A DNA stretch of 63,743 nucleotides, filler included, from Caldilineae bacterium (GCA_037446815.1; 7 parts of 5 records of this genome joined end to end with filler, not necessarily neighbours in it); one strand, 5' to 3'. Counted from the first letter of the whole stretch, positions 29,230 to 40,229 are shown. Numbers and translations are program-made. Notes: generated by a model not told the origin, from the letters alone.

Positions 29230-29258
29230 TTGCGCAATCTGGATGGCCGTGCTATAAT
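29230..29258 (+). promoter_or_regulatory. nusA operon promoter TTGCGC-N17-TATAAT (extended -10)
   Basis: Boxes read directly. Confidence 0.7.
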
Positions 29259-29284
29259 TGCTGCAGTTATTACGATCGCGCTGG

Positions 29285-29311
29285 AGAAAAGTGGGCAGCC
29301 CCCACTTTTCT
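29285..29311 (+). ncRNA. rimP/nusA leader hairpin
   Basis: agaaaagtggg-cagcc-cccacttttct resembles the conserved GUGGG..CCCAC leader of rimP-nusA operons. Confidence 0.65.
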
Positions 29312-29366
29312 TGTTGTGAGGCACGTGCGACCGCCCTGCGGCCGCAGGAGGTAGAAGGACGTATCT

Positions 29367-30929
29367 ATGAAGAGCGAGTTCATTCAAGCCATCAACCAGG
29401 TGTGCGCCGAGCGGAACCTGCCGAAGGACGTGGTGCTGGAGGCGGTGGAAGTGGCGCTGGTTTCCGCCTACAAGCGGAACTTCGGCGATTGCGGGAACGT
29501 GGTGGCGAAGATAGACAACCAGACTGGCGAGGTCAAACTGTTCGCCGTCAAGGATGTGGTGGATACCGTCTCCGATCCCGACACGCAAATCGCTCTCAAG
29601 GACGCGCGACGGATCAACCCCGAAGCCGAGGTGGGGACGCAGGTGCAGGTGGAATGCTCCGCGCCCAAGGACTTCGGCCGCATCGCCGCGCAGGCTGCCA
29701 AACAAGTCATTCTCCAGCGCATTCGCGAGGCCGAGCGAGATACGCTGTACCAGTCCTACGCAGACCGCGTCGGCGAGATGATCAATGCCGCCGTTCAGAC
29801 GGCAGAGCCGGGCCTGGTAACGGTGAACCTGGGCAAGACCGAAGGCATCATGCCGAAGACCGAGATGATCCCCGGCGAGCGGTACAGGCCGACGCAACGA
29901 CTGCGCGTCGTCATCGTGGACGTGCAGCGCGGCACCCGCGGGCCGGAAATCGTCGTGAGCCGCGCCCATCGGGACCTGCTCCGCCGCCTGCTGGAGATGG
30001 AGGTCCCCGAGATTCTCAACGGCGCGGTGGAGGTGAAGGCCATCGCGCGGGAGGCCGGTTCGCGGTCCAAGGTCGCCGTCGCGTCCAAGCAGCCGCGGCT
30101 GGACCCGGTGGGGGCTTGCGTGGGCCAGCGCGGATACCGCATCCAGAACATCGTCAACGAATTGAACGGCGAGAAGATTGACGTGGTGGCGTGGAGCGCT
30201 GACACGGCGACGTTCATCGCCAACGCGCTTAGCCCGGCCAAGCCGACCCAGGTGTTCCTGGACGAGGCAGCCGAGGGCGGCAAGACCGCAACGGTCATCG
30301 TGCCCGACAAGCAGTTGTCGCTGGCCATCGGCAAGGAAGGGCAGAACGTGCGCCTGGCGGCCAAACTCACCGGCTGGCGCATTGACATCAAGAGCGAGAC
30401 GGAGTGGGAAGAGGAGCAGCGCAAGGCGCAGGAGAAGGCCCCCGCCATCTCGGAAGAGGACTTGCTCGCGAAGGCCGAGGCCATCCTCCTGGGCAAGACG
30501 GCCGGCGCGCCGGCAGAGGCGGCGGAGACCGTCGCCGCGGAGCCGCAGGTCGCCGCGGAGCCTGCGCCGGTTGAGGAGGCCGCGCCGACACCGGAAGCCC
30601 AGCCTGTCGCCGAGGCGGTGGAGGCCCCCGCCGTTGAGGAGGCTGCGCCCGAAGCGGAGGCGCAAGCCCCGGCGCCGGAAGCCGCGGCGGAGGAAGAACT
30701 TGTCGCCGAAGCCCCGGCTGCGGGCCTGCCCCTCGCCATTGACGTTGAAGAACTGGCGTTTGATGAGGAAGAGGGCGAGTCGGAGGAAGAGGCCGGCAAG
30801 CGCGCGAAGAAGAAGTTCAAGAAGGGACGCCAAGCCGCGCCCCCGCCGGGCGAGATCGGCCCGCGGCGCAAGCCCAAGCCGGCCGGCCGTCGTCGGGATT
30901 GGGGCGAAGACTGGGAAGAGGACTTCTAG
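29367..30929 (+). CDS. nusA: Transcription factor NusA with long acidic Ala/Pro/Glu-rich tail
   Basis: [12 protein letters not shown]1, [27 protein letters not shown]. Confidence 0.96.
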   Translation: MKSEFIQAINQVCAERNLPKDVVLEAVEVALVSAYKRNFGDCGNVVAKIDNQTGEVKLFAVKDVVDTVSDPDTQIALKDARRINPEAEVGTQVQVECSAPKDFGRIAAQAAKQVILQRIREAERDTLYQSYADRVGEMINAAVQTAEPGLVTVNLGKTEGIMPKTEMIPGERYRPTQRLRVVIVDVQRGTRGPEIVVSRAHRDLLRRLLEMEVPEILNGAVEVKAIAREAGSRSKVAVASKQPRLDPVGACVGQRGYRIQNIVNELNGEKIDVVAWSADTATFIANALSPAKPTQVFLDEAAEGGKTATVIVPDKQLSLAIGKEGQNVRLAAKLTGWRIDIKSETEWEEEQRKAQEKAPAISEEDLLAKAEAILLGKTAGAPAEAAETVAAEPQVAAEPAPVEEAAPTPEAQPVAEAVEAPAVEEAAPEAEAQAPAPEAAAEEELVAEAPAAGLPLAIDVEELAFDEEEGESEEEAGKRAKKKFKKGRQAAPPPGEIGPRRKPKPAGRRRDWGEDWEEDF

Positions 30930-30946
30930 CCCGGTGTAGATAGGCC

Positions 30947-31255
30947 ATGCGACGCAAGCACGTTCCGCAGCGCACCTGTGTCGGGTGCGGGGAGACGCGA
31001 AGCAAGCGCGAACTCACGCGCATTGTCCGGATGCCCGATGGCACCGTGGACATAGACCCGACGGGCAAGAAGCCCGGGCGCGGGGCCTACCTCTGCAAGC
31101 GGGTGCGGTGCTGGGAGCAGGCGCTCGCCAAGGGGGCCATCACGCGCGCGCTGGGGATAACCATCGCCGACGACGTGAAGGCGAAGTTGCAAGACCAGTT
31201 GCATCTCCTGCAGTTGGAGGAGAATCTTTCCGGTGATGAGGAGCCGGAGCAATGA
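30947..31255 (+). CDS. ylxR: YlxR/RnpM family protein
   Basis: [15 protein letters not shown]. Confidence 0.92.
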   Translation: MRRKHVPQRTCVGCGETRSKRELTRIVRMPDGTVDIDPTGKKPGRGAYLCKRVRCWEQALAKGAITRALGITIADDVKAKLQDQLHLLQLEENLSGDEEPEQ

Positions 31256-31305
31256 CGGGAATCGGGTATGATTCCGCGTCTGGGAATCGGACGTTCGCAT
31301 CTTCT

Positions 31306-31461
31306 GGGAGCAGGCAGTGTTGAGGGGTGTCATGAACCACTGATGTAACTCGTGTGCATCGGCGCACCCTATAGGCGAGATCAACCCTGCTCCTTTCGCC
31401 GACCCGCGGTCTGCGGGTGGCTGGCGCGCTTGTCGTGCGGCGCGAAATGAGCAGGGTTTTT
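31306..31461 (+). promoter_or_regulatory. Candidate attenuator/structured leader upstream of infB
   Basis: CCTGCTC(C) at 31386 can pair with GGAGCAGG (31307) or GAGCAGGG (31449, followed by a U-tract). Confidence 0.5.
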
Positions 31462-31527
31462 ATGTCTCGGCCCGCGGGGTTTCTTGCAGTCTCGCTGATG
31501 CGCGGGCCGAAGCGAGGAGGGGTGGAT

Positions 31528-33429
31528 ATGGCAAAGGACAAGAGCAAGAACGGAAACCGGAAGGGTGAGCGAGTCGGAGGAGCCAGGCCGGGCGTCGGGG
31601 CTTCTGGCCCCTCTGGGGTTGGGGGGAAGGCCCCAAGCGCGCAGTCGGCGGCCCCGGCCGCTCCTTCCGTGATTGAACTGCCCAGCAGCCTGACGGTGCG
31701 CGACCTGGGGCATGCCCTGGGCGTCAGCCCGATTGAGGTCATGAAGAAACTCATCGGGTTTGGCATCATGGCAAACATCAACGAGTTGATTGACTACGAG
31801 ACGGCGGCCATTGTGGCGTCCGAGATGGGGTTTGAGACGCGCGAGCAGAAGGCCGAGGAGGAGAAAGCCCCGGAAGCCGCGCCGGTGCAGTTGCCCAGTT
31901 GGCGCGACGTGCAGGACGAGCGGCCCGAGGATTTGCGGCCCCGTCCCCCGGTCGTTACCGTCATGGGGCACGTGGACCACGGCAAGACCTCGCTCCTGGA
32001 CGCGATTCGCAATACCAATGTGGTGGAGGGCGAGGCCGGCGGCATTACCCAGCACATCGGCGCGTATCAGGTAGAACTGGAGGGGAAGAAGATCACCTTC
32101 CTGGACACGCCGGGGCATGAGGCGTTCACGGCCATGCGCGCCAGAGGGGCGCAGGCCACCGACATCGTCGTGCTGGTCGTCGCGGCGGACGATGGCGTGC
32201 AGCCCCAGACGAAAGAGGCCATCGCCCACGCGCGCGCCGCGCAGGTGCCCATCATCGTCGCGCTCAACAAGATTGACAAGCCCGAGGCCAACCCGGAGGT
32301 GGTCAAGCGGCAACTGGCCGATCTGGACTTGCTGGTGGAAGAGTGGGGCGGCAACGTCATCTGCGTGCCGGTCTCGGCCAAGAAGCGCCTGAACATTGAG
32401 GAACTCCTGGAGAACATCCTGCTGGTGGCGGAAGTGGCGGAACTCAAGGCCAATCCGTTCCGTCCGGCGACCGGTGTGGTGGTGGAAAGCCGCCTGGACA
32501 AGACACGGGGGCCGGTGGCGACCCTGCTGGTGCAGCGCGGAACCCTCCACGTGGGCGACAATCTGGTCATCGGCGAGATCGCCGGGCGCGTGCGGGCCAT
32601 GTTTGACGACAAGGGCCGCGCCGTGTCCGAAGCCACGCCCTCCACGCCGGTCATGATCCTGGGCCTGAGCGACGTTCCGAAGGCGGGCGATTTGTTTGAG
32701 GTGGTGGAGGACGAGCGCACGGCGAAGGCCATTGCCGCCGAGCGCGCCCAGCAGCGACAACAGGCCGCTGCCCGTCCCGCCCGCGTTACGCTGGAGGAAG
32801 TCTTCGCCCGCATGCAAGAGGGCAAGGCCAAGGAACTCAACATCATCCTCAAAGCCGACGTGCAAGGATCGCTGGAGCCCATTGAGTCGTCGCTTCAGAA
32901 ACTCGGCAGCGAAGACCTGAAGGTGAAGATTCTCCACAGCGCCATCGGCAACATCGGCGAGTCGGACGTGATGCTGGCGTCGGCGTCGTCGGCCATCGTT
33001 ATCGGGTTCAACGTGTCGGTGGACGCGGCGGCCCGCGCCCTGGCCGAGCAAGAAGGCGTGGATATCCGCCTGTACAACGTCATCTACCAGTTGGTGGAGG
33101 ACGTGGAGAAAGCCCTGTCGGGCATGTTGGAGCCGACGTACCAAGAGGTGGTTACGGGCCACGCCGAGGTGCGCGCCGTGTTCTCCATCTCCAAGCGCGG
33201 CAAGGTGGCGGGCTGCTACATGACCGACGGCCAGGTAACGCGGGGGTCGTCCGTGCGGGTGATACGCAACGGCCAGGTGCTGTTTGATGGCCGCATCGCG
33301 TCGCTCAAGCGGTTTACCGAGGATGTCAAAGAGGTGAACGCGGGGTTTGAGTTCGGCATCGGGCTGGAGAAGTACGACGACTTCCAGGTGGGCGACGTGC
33401 TGGAGTTCTACAAGCAGGAGCGGGTCTAG
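31528..33429 (+). CDS. infB: Translation initiation factor IF-2
   Basis: [28 protein letters not shown]. Confidence 0.97.
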   Translation: MAKDKSKNGNRKGERVGGARPGVGASGPSGVGGKAPSAQSAAPAAPSVIELPSSLTVRDLGHALGVSPIEVMKKLIGFGIMANINELIDYETAAIVASEMGFETREQKAEEEKAPEAAPVQLPSWRDVQDERPEDLRPRPPVVTVMGHVDHGKTSLLDAIRNTNVVEGEAGGITQHIGAYQVELEGKKITFLDTPGHEAFTAMRARGAQATDIVVLVVAADDGVQPQTKEAIAHARAAQVPIIVALNKIDKPEANPEVVKRQLADLDLLVEEWGGNVICVPVSAKKRLNIEELLENILLVAEVAELKANPFRPATGVVVESRLDKTRGPVATLLVQRGTLHVGDNLVIGEIAGRVRAMFDDKGRAVSEATPSTPVMILGLSDVPKAGDLFEVVEDERTAKAIAAERAQQRQQAAARPARVTLEEVFARMQEGKAKELNIILKADVQGSLEPIESSLQKLGSEDLKVKILHSAIGNIGESDVMLASASSAIVIGFNVSVDAAARALAEQEGVDIRLYNVIYQLVEDVEKALSGMLEPTYQEVVTGHAEVRAVFSISKRGKVAGCYMTDGQVTRGSSVRVIRNGQVLFDGRIASLKRFTEDVKEVNAGFEFGIGLEKYDDFQVGDVLEFYKQERV

Positions 33430-33457
33430 GCGCTCAGCTCCGCAAGTGAGGTGAACC

Positions 33458-33826
33458 ATGACATCGTCCAGACGACAGCGGCGCGTTGCCGAGTTGATCA
33501 AAGAGGAGATGGGCGACCTGCTGGGCCGCCGCGCTCACGACCCGCGCCTGCACTGGGTTACGGTTACCGATGTGCAGGTTACGCCGGACCTGGCCATCGC
33601 CCGCGTGTACTACGCCGTCATCGGCGAGGAGGCGGAGCGGGAGCAGGCGCGCGAGGGGCTGGAGCACGCGCGCGGCTACCTGCGGCGGGAACTGGCGGCG
33701 CGGCTCCAGTTGCGCGTCGTGCCGCAGTTGATGTTCTTCCACGATGAGGCGCTGGAATACGGCCGCCGCATAGACGCGCTCATAGACCGCATACACGAGG
33801 AAGACGCCGACGATGCCGACGCCTGA
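33458..33826 (+). CDS. rbfA: Ribosome-binding factor A
   Basis: DPRL..VTVTDV..TPDL; synteny. Confidence 0.93.
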   Translation: MTSSRRQRRVAELIKEEMGDLLGRRAHDPRLHWVTVTDVQVTPDLAIARVYYAVIGEEAEREQAREGLEHARGYLRRELAARLQLRVVPQLMFFHDEALEYGRRIDALIDRIHEEDADDADA

Positions 33827-34778
33827 GCAAATGATCCTCGCAGCCGACCGTATCCTCGTCCTGTGCCATGCCTCGCCCGACGGCGACGCCATCGGGGCGC
33901 TGTCGGCCATGGGGCATATCCTGCGGGCGCTGGGCAAGCAGGCTGTGCTGGCATGCGCGGACCCCGTTCCCAGAGAGTACCGCTACATGCCCGGCGCGGA
34001 TGCCATCGTCCAACATCCGGAGGGCGACTTTGACCTCATCGTGAGCCTGGATTCCAGCGATTTGCCGCGCCTGGGCGAGGCCTACGATGCCGCGAAACTC
34101 GGCCATGTCCCCATCCTGAACATAGACCATCACATCACGAACCTGAACTTCGGCGCCGTGAACTGGGTGGAGCCCGAGTCGGCGTCCACGTGCCAACTGG
34201 TGCTGCGCCTGGCCGACGGGCTAGGCGTGGACATTACGCCAGACATGGCCACGTGCCTGTTGAGCGGCATCGTCATGGACACGCGCGGCTTCACTACGCC
34301 CAACACGGATTTGCAGGCGCTGCGCGCGGCCGAGCGGCTTGTGTCGGCGGGGGCCAACCTGCCCAGCATCGCCCGCCGAATCCTGGTGCAGCGGTCGTTT
34401 GCCATGGCTAAACTGTGGGGCCAGGCGCTGTCGCAGGCGCGGCTGGAGGATGGCATCGTGTGGGCATCCCTGCCCGCGCCCCTCATGGCCCAGTCCGACG
34501 CCTCGGCCAACGGGTTGAGCGGCCTGGTGGCCTTCCTCGCGGGGGTGGAGGAGGCGCGGGTGGCCGTCCTCTTCCGCGAGCGGAACGATGGCCGCGTGGA
34601 GGTCAGCCTGCGCTCGGTGCCGGGGGTTGACGTGTCGGGCGTCGCGCTGGCCATGGGCGGCGGCGGGCATCCGCAGGCGGCGGGGTTCACGCTGGCCGAG
34701 CCGCTGGCCGACGTGGAGGCCAAGACGCTGGCCGCGGTTCGGGCGCTGCTGAAGGGGAGTGAACAGGCCCATGGATAG
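33813..34778 (+). CDS. nrnA: DHH/DHHA1 oligoribonuclease/pAp phosphatase
   Basis: HASPDGD, IDHH, SLRS, GGGGH. Confidence 0.9.
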   Translation: MPTPEQMILAADRILVLCHASPDGDAIGALSAMGHILRALGKQAVLACADPVPREYRYMPGADAIVQHPEGDFDLIVSLDSSDLPRLGEAYDAAKLGHVPILNIDHHITNLNFGAVNWVEPESASTCQLVLRLADGLGVDITPDMATCLLSGIVMDTRGFTTPNTDLQALRAAERLVSAGANLPSIARRILVQRSFAMAKLWGQALSQARLEDGIVWASLPAPLMAQSDASANGLSGLVAFLAGVEEARVAVLFRERNDGRVEVSLRSVPGVDVSGVALAMGGGGHPQAAGFTLAEPLADVEAKTLAAVRALLKGSEQAHG

Positions 34779-35718
34779 GGCGGTGGAGTGCGCAGGCTGC
34801 GGCGGCAGAGCCTGTGGCGCGCCGCAGGGGATGCCATCGGGCATCTTGGTCGTGGACAAGCCCGCCGGCATGACCTCGCACGATGTGGTGAACGCGGTGC
34901 GCAAGATCGCGGGCACGCGGCGGGTGGGGCACGCGGGAACGCTTGACCCCATGGCTACGGGCGTGCTGCTCATCTGCGTGGGGCAGGCGACGCGGATTGC
35001 CGAATACCTGATGGACTCCAAGAAAATCTACGTCGCGGAAGTCATGTTTGGCTGCGCCACGACCACATACGACGCCGAGGGCGACGTGGTGGCCGAGTAT
35101 CCGACCGCGCACCTGACCGCCGAAGGGCTTCGGCAGACGTTGGCGGCTTTTGTGGGCGCCATTCACCAGCGCGCACCCGCGTTCTCGGCCCTCAAGCAGG
35201 GCGGGGAGCCATTGTACCGCCGCGCGCGCCGTGGCGAGTCGGTGGAGCCGCCGATGCGCGAGGTGCACATCTACCGCGCCGAGATGGTGCGGTGGGAGCC
35301 GCCCGTTGCGACCGTAGAGGTGGAATGCGGGCCGGGCACCTATATCCGCTCGCTGGCCCACGATTGGGGGCTGGCCGTGGGCAGCGGCGCGCACCTGAAA
35401 TCGCTGCGGCGCGTGGCCTCGGGCCGATTCACGGCGGAGGATGCCGTGCCGCTGGCCCGCCTGCAAGAGGCCGCGGCAGAAGGCGACTGGCTGCGCTTCC
35501 TGATTCCCATGGACGAGGCGCTGCTGGACATGCCGGCGCTCATCTTGACCGAAGCGCAGGCCCAGGCGTTGGTTTGCGGTCAGCCGGTGGAGGCCCCGGC
35601 GGGCGCGCACGGGCAACCCGCGCGGGCGTACACGCTGGCGGGTGATTTTGTCGCCATTGTCTGCTATAATGCTTCGCAGGGGCGGTGGCTTCCCGTGAAA
35701 GTGTTCGGTGCGCGCTAG
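34771..35718 (+). CDS. truB: tRNA pseudouridine 55 synthase (start may be 34831)
   Basis: DKPAGMTSHDVV, GHAGTLDP, GTYIRSLA. Confidence 0.94.
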   Translation: MDRAVECAGCGGRACGAPQGMPSGILVVDKPAGMTSHDVVNAVRKIAGTRRVGHAGTLDPMATGVLLICVGQATRIAEYLMDSKKIYVAEVMFGCATTTYDAEGDVVAEYPTAHLTAEGLRQTLAAFVGAIHQRAPAFSALKQGGEPLYRRARRGESVEPPMREVHIYRAEMVRWEPPVATVEVECGPGTYIRSLAHDWGLAVGSGAHLKSLRRVASGRFTAEDAVPLARLQEAAAEGDWLRFLIPMDEALLDMPALILTEAQAQALVCGQPVEAPAGAHGQPARAYTLAGDFVAIVCYNASQGRWLPVKVFGAR

Positions 35719-35768
35719 CCGCTGGGCGCTCGCCTTCGTAACGATCCCGACGCAAGGTTCGCAAAACG

Positions 35769-36713
35769 ATGCTGCTGATTGACAATTGGGAACAGGCGAA
35801 TCTGGACCAGGATACTGTGGCCACCATCGGCGCGTTTGACGGCGTGCATCGGGGGCACCAGTTTCTCATTCGCAACCTTATCACGCGGGCGCGAGAGACC
35901 GGCCGGCTGTCCATGGTGGTTACGTTCCACCCGCATCCCATCGCCGTGCTCCGACCCGACTTGCCGATACGCTACCTGACGACGCCCGGCGAGAAGGCCG
36001 TGCTCATGGAGCAGTTGTCGCTGGACATTCTGGCCATCCTGCCTTTCAACGCGGAGATGGCGCAGATGTCGGCGGCCGACTTCACCCGCGCGCTGGTGGA
36101 GCATCTTCGGCTGCGCGAGTTGTGGGTGGGGCCCGACTTCGCGCTGGGCCGCAACCGCGAGGGCGACATCGCCACGTTGACGGCGCTGGGCGCGGAGTTG
36201 GGGTTTGCGGTGCGGACGGTGGAGCCGCTTGTGCTGGACGGGGAAGTGGTGAGCAGCACGCGGATTCGCGCGCTGCTGGCCCAGGGCGACGTGCGAGCGG
36301 CGACGCGACTGCTGGGGCGGTATCCGAGGGTGGCGGGTGAGGTGGTTCCCGGGGCGCGGCGGGGTCGCGCGCTGGGGTATCCCACCGCCAACCTGGAAGT
36401 GCGCCAGGAATGGGCCGTTCCTGCCGATGGCGTGTACGCCGTGTTCGCCATGCTGGGAGCCGAACGCTATCTCGGCGTGGCGAATATCGGCGTGCGCCCC
36501 AGTTTTGACAACGGCGCGCGCACCGTGGAAACCTTTATCCTGGATTTTGACCAGGACATCTACGGGTGCGACCTGGTGGTGCAGTTCGTGGAGCGCCTTC
36601 GGCCCGAGCAGCGATTCGCCAGCATTGCGGACTTGGTGCAGCAGATCGGGCGGGATGTGGAGATCGCGCGGCGCATCCTGGAGGATGAGGCGAAGAATCG
36701 GCAGAGCCTATGA
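35769..36713 (+). CDS. ribF: Riboflavin kinase/FAD synthetase
   Basis: GAFDGVHRGH, VSSTRIR, GYPTAN. Confidence 0.95.
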   Translation: MLLIDNWEQANLDQDTVATIGAFDGVHRGHQFLIRNLITRARETGRLSMVVTFHPHPIAVLRPDLPIRYLTTPGEKAVLMEQLSLDILAILPFNAEMAQMSAADFTRALVEHLRLRELWVGPDFALGRNREGDIATLTALGAELGFAVRTVEPLVLDGEVVSSTRIRALLAQGDVRAATRLLGRYPRVAGEVVPGARRGRALGYPTANLEVRQEWAVPADGVYAVFAMLGAERYLGVANIGVRPSFDNGARTVETFILDFDQDIYGCDLVVQFVERLRPEQRFASIADLVQQIGRDVEIARRILEDEAKNRQSL

Positions 36714-37126
36714 CCGCACGCGAGGGGTTCTTCCGCGAACTGAATCACACGGCAGACCTCGCCGTAGAGGTGTGGGGCGACGACTTCGCGCGCCTGCTGG
36801 CCCATGCCGCCGAGGCCGTGTTCGCGCTGGAGGGCCTGCCCGACGAACGCGGCGAGGGTGTGCTGCATGAGGTTACCGTGCATGCGCCCGACCGCGAGAC
36901 GCTCCTTGTGGACTGGCTCAACGAGTTGCTCTTCCTCTCGGAGACGCTGGGCGAGGTCTATACCACCTTTGACGTTCGGCTTGTCGGGGATGGGGCGCTG
37001 AGCGCCACGGTGGCGGGGTACAAGGGGCATCCCACCAAGCGGCGCATCAAGGCGGCCACGTTCTACGACCTGCGCGTTATCTGCAAACCCGAGCGGTGCG
37101 AAGCCCGCATCGTGTTTGACGTGTGA
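36710..37126 (+). CDS. Archease
   Basis: HTAD, LVDWLNELLF, IKAAT, VFDV C-terminus. Confidence 0.9.
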   Translation: MTAREGFFRELNHTADLAVEVWGDDFARLLAHAAEAVFALEGLPDERGEGVLHEVTVHAPDRETLLVDWLNELLFLSETLGEVYTTFDVRLVGDGALSATVAGYKGHPTKRRIKAATFYDLRVICKPERCEARIVFDV

Positions 37127-37199
37127 TACCCGGTGGGACGGCGGTGTCGGATTCGGACATGTGCGCACTGCGGCGCAATGCAAAGAAAGGAGTGACGAG

Positions 37200-38909
37200 A
37201 TGAAGGTCGGCGCGTTCACCTTTGTCCTGCATTCGCACCTTCCCTACGTGCGGAAGGCGGGGCGCTGGCCCCACGGCGAGGAGATGGTGCACGAGGCGAT
37301 TGCCGAGACCTACGTGCCGCTGCTCAACGCGCTGTATGACCTCAAGGCCGAGGGGTACGAGCCCAAACTCACCATCGGCATCACGCCGATTCTGATGGAG
37401 CAACTGGCAGACCCCGACGTGCTGAATCATTTTGAGATGTACGTGGAAGAGCGCATCGCCCTGATAGAGTCGGATCGCCGCCTCTGGGAGGGGAAGGACG
37501 CGCGCCGCGTTGCCCTCGCCGATTTCTACCTGGGTTTCTACCACGGGATTCTGGACTCCTTCCGTTCGCGCTACCACCGCGACTTGCTGGGCGCGTTTCG
37601 GCGGCTCCAGGATGCGGGCAACCTGGACGTGCTGACCAGCGCGGCCACCCACGGCTACCTGCCCCTCATGGAGCGCGACTCCACCCTGTTCGGCCAGATC
37701 AAGACGGGCGTGGACACCTATGTGCGGCACATGGGCCGGCGACCGCAGGGGATATGGCTGCCGGAATGCGGATACCGCCCGGGGTACATGAAAGAGGGCG
37801 CGCCTTCCTACTACAAGCCCGGCGAAGAGGAGTTCCTGGCGGCGTTCGGGCTGAAGTATTTCTTCACCGATACCCACGTCATTGAGGGCGGGCAATTGGT
37901 GGGCAAGGTGGCGGGCGACGCCGTCGGGCCTTACGGCGCCATCCCGCTGCGCAAGGTGGTGGTGAAGCCTGACACGCGCCCCGAAGCCACCCAGCGCACC
38001 ACGTTCCGCCCGTACTACGTGCAGGCCGCCGAGGTCGCCGTCTTCGGGCGCGACGAGCGGACGGGCATGCAGGTCTGGTCGGCGGCGCACGGCTACCCGG
38101 GCGATTTCGCGTACCGCGAGTTCCATCGCAAAGACCCCAACTCGGGCGCGCAGTACTGGCGCATCACGGGCGCGGGCGTGGACCTGGGCGACAAGGATTT
38201 GTACGACCCCGAAGCCGCGAAGCGCCAGGTGCAGGTGCACGCGGACCACTTCGTGCACGTTGTGGTGGATCGGCTGCGCGAGTGGAGCCGGGGCCATGAC
38301 GAGATGGGCATCATCGTGTCGGCCTACGACACGGAACTGTTCGGCCACTGGTGGTTTGAGGGCGTGGATTGGCTCAAGGAGGTGGTGCGACAGTTGAGCA
38401 CCAACCCCGACGTGGAACTGACCACGGCGCGCGATTACCTCAACGACCACCCGCCTACCGAAGTGGTTGCGATTCCGGAAAGTTCGTGGGGGGCCGGCGG
38501 CGGACACTGGACGTGGAAGAACCCGGAGACCGAGTGGATGTGGCCCCTCATCCACGCGGCGGAGCGGCGCATGGAGCGGCTGGCGGCGCGCTGGCCCTCG
38601 GCGGAGGGCGAACAGGCGGCGCTCCTGGCCCAGGTGGCCCGCGAACTGGTGCTCTTGGAATCCAGCGACTGGCCCTTCCTCATCAGCACGGGCCAGGCCA
38701 AGGAGTACGCCACGGGGCGGTTCCAGCAGCACCTGGCGCGGTTCAACCATCTGGCCTCGGCGGCAGAGCGGGGCGCGCCTCTATCCGAAGCCGACCGCCG
38801 ATTCCTGGAGCAGGTGGCGGAACTGGACAACCCCTTCCCGCAGATTCAGTACCGCGACTTCGTCGCGAGAGAGAACACGCCGTTGAAACCTTTGGGTGAA
38901 CTTGGGTAG
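37200..38909 (+). CDS. GH57 1,4-alpha-glucan branching enzyme (DUF1957)
   Basis: HSHLPYV, ETYVP, WLPEC, DTELFGHWWFEG, SSDWPF. Confidence 0.9.
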   Translation: MKVGAFTFVLHSHLPYVRKAGRWPHGEEMVHEAIAETYVPLLNALYDLKAEGYEPKLTIGITPILMEQLADPDVLNHFEMYVEERIALIESDRRLWEGKDARRVALADFYLGFYHGILDSFRSRYHRDLLGAFRRLQDAGNLDVLTSAATHGYLPLMERDSTLFGQIKTGVDTYVRHMGRRPQGIWLPECGYRPGYMKEGAPSYYKPGEEEFLAAFGLKYFFTDTHVIEGGQLVGKVAGDAVGPYGAIPLRKVVVKPDTRPEATQRTTFRPYYVQAAEVAVFGRDERTGMQVWSAAHGYPGDFAYREFHRKDPNSGAQYWRITGAGVDLGDKDLYDPEAAKRQVQVHADHFVHVVVDRLREWSRGHDEMGIIVSAYDTELFGHWWFEGVDWLKEVVRQLSTNPDVELTTARDYLNDHPPTEVVAIPESSWGAGGGHWTWKNPETEWMWPLIHAAERRMERLAARWPSAEGEQAALLAQVARELVLLESSDWPFLISTGQAKEYATGRFQQHLARFNHLASAAERGAPLSEADRRFLEQVAELDNPFPQIQYRDFVARENTPLKPLGELG

Positions 38910-38912
38910 GAC

Positions 38913-40088
38913 ATGACGCGAATCCTTTTGTTCACGGGCAAGGGCGGCGTGGGCAAGACGACCATCGCCGCGGCCACGGCCCTGCGCTGCGCCGAGCAGG
39001 GCCTGCGCACCGTCGTGGTGAGCACCGACGCCGCCCACTCGCTGGCCGATAGCCTAGACTATCCCCTGGGCCCCGAGCCGACGGAAGTGGCCCCGAACCT
39101 CTGGGGGCAGGAGATTGACCTGCTGTACCAGATGGAGAAGTACTGGGGCACGGTGCAAGAGTATCTGGCCGCGCTCCTGTCCTGGCGCGGGATGGATGAC
39201 CTCATCGCCGAGGAGGTCAGCGTGCTGCCCGGCATGGAGGAACTGGCCTCGCTCCTGCAAATCGTCAAGTTGCACGACGATGGGCTGTACGATGTGATCA
39301 TCATTGACGCGGCCCCGACGGGGGAGACCCTGAAACTCCTGTCCTTCCCCGACATGGCGCGGTGGTACCTGGAGAAAATCTTCCCGGTGGAGAAGAAGGC
39401 CGTGCAACTCTCGCGGCCGCTCTTGCGCTCGCTCACCGACTTGCCCATCCCCGAAGATGACCTGTTTGACGTGATTGAGGGCCTCATCCGCGACCTGGAC
39501 AGGATGCACGCCCTGCTGTCGGACCCCGACAAGTCCACCGTGCGCCTGGTGCTAAATCCGGAGAAGATGGTCATCAAGGAGGCGCAGCGCACGTACACGT
39601 ACCTTAGCCTGTACGGCTACCCAGTGGACGCCGTCATCTCCAACCGCATCATCCCGCCGGCGGTCCGCGACGCCTACTTTGACAACTGGAAGGCGATTCA
39701 GGAGAAGTACAGCCGCGCCGTGGAGGAAGCCTTCGCGCCGCTGCCCATCCTGCCGGTGCCTCTGATGGATAGCGAGGTGGTGGGGCTGGAGCGGCTGCGG
39801 CAGTTGGGGCAGTTGGTGTACGGGGACAGAGACCCCGCCGCCGTTTTCTACAAAGGGGCGCGGCATGTGGTCCGCAAGGAAGGCGAGCGGTACATCCTCA
39901 TCCTGAAACTGCCCTTTGTCAGCAAGGAGGCGCTGAAACTAACCCGCTCGGGCGATGAGTTGGTGGTGCACATCGCGAACCAGAAGCGCAACATCGTGTT
40001 GCCGCGTGTGGTGGCGGGGCTGGACGTGGAGAGCGCGAAGGCCGAGGACGGCGAGGTTCGCGTGGTCTTCGGGCCCCGGGCGGGGTAG
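38913..40088 (+). CDS. ArsA/Get3 family ATPase with C-terminal HSP20-like domain
   Basis: GKGGVGKT, STDAAHSL, DAAPTG, NPEKMVI. Confidence 0.9.
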   Translation: MTRILLFTGKGGVGKTTIAAATALRCAEQGLRTVVVSTDAAHSLADSLDYPLGPEPTEVAPNLWGQEIDLLYQMEKYWGTVQEYLAALLSWRGMDDLIAEEVSVLPGMEELASLLQIVKLHDDGLYDVIIIDAAPTGETLKLLSFPDMARWYLEKIFPVEKKAVQLSRPLLRSLTDLPIPEDDLFDVIEGLIRDLDRMHALLSDPDKSTVRLVLNPEKMVIKEAQRTYTYLSLYGYPVDAVISNRIIPPAVRDAYFDNWKAIQEKYSRAVEEAFAPLPILPVPLMDSEVVGLERLRQLGQLVYGDRDPAAVFYKGARHVVRKEGERYILILKLPFVSKEALKLTRSGDELVVHIANQKRNIVLPRVVAGLDVESAKAEDGEVRVVFGPRAG

Positions 40089-40109
40089 GCGCGGCGCTGG
40101 GCATTGACA

Positions 40110-40229
40110 ACGTGCGGCTCACCTCGGAGGTGCGTGCGTGGCAGGCCGCCCGACGCTAAAGCATCGGGCTGAGTGGACGAAGACCTACGGGCTAGGGTTA
40201 GCTCCGCGCGGCCATGCTCCCTCGCCCGC
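40110..40229. repeat. Mosaic of palindromic repeats at contig end
   Basis: cacctcggaggtg; gcccgacgctaaagcatcgggc; ctccctcgcccgc (as at ~28711). Confidence 0.5.

Noticed and set aside
31270..31410. 6S RNA or TPP riboswitch
   Set aside because: Only superficial similarity (TGGGAGC..TTGA..TCAA; GGGGTG..CTGA); lacks CTGAGA and the TPP core, is short for 6S and sits inside an operon. An Rfam scan would settle it.
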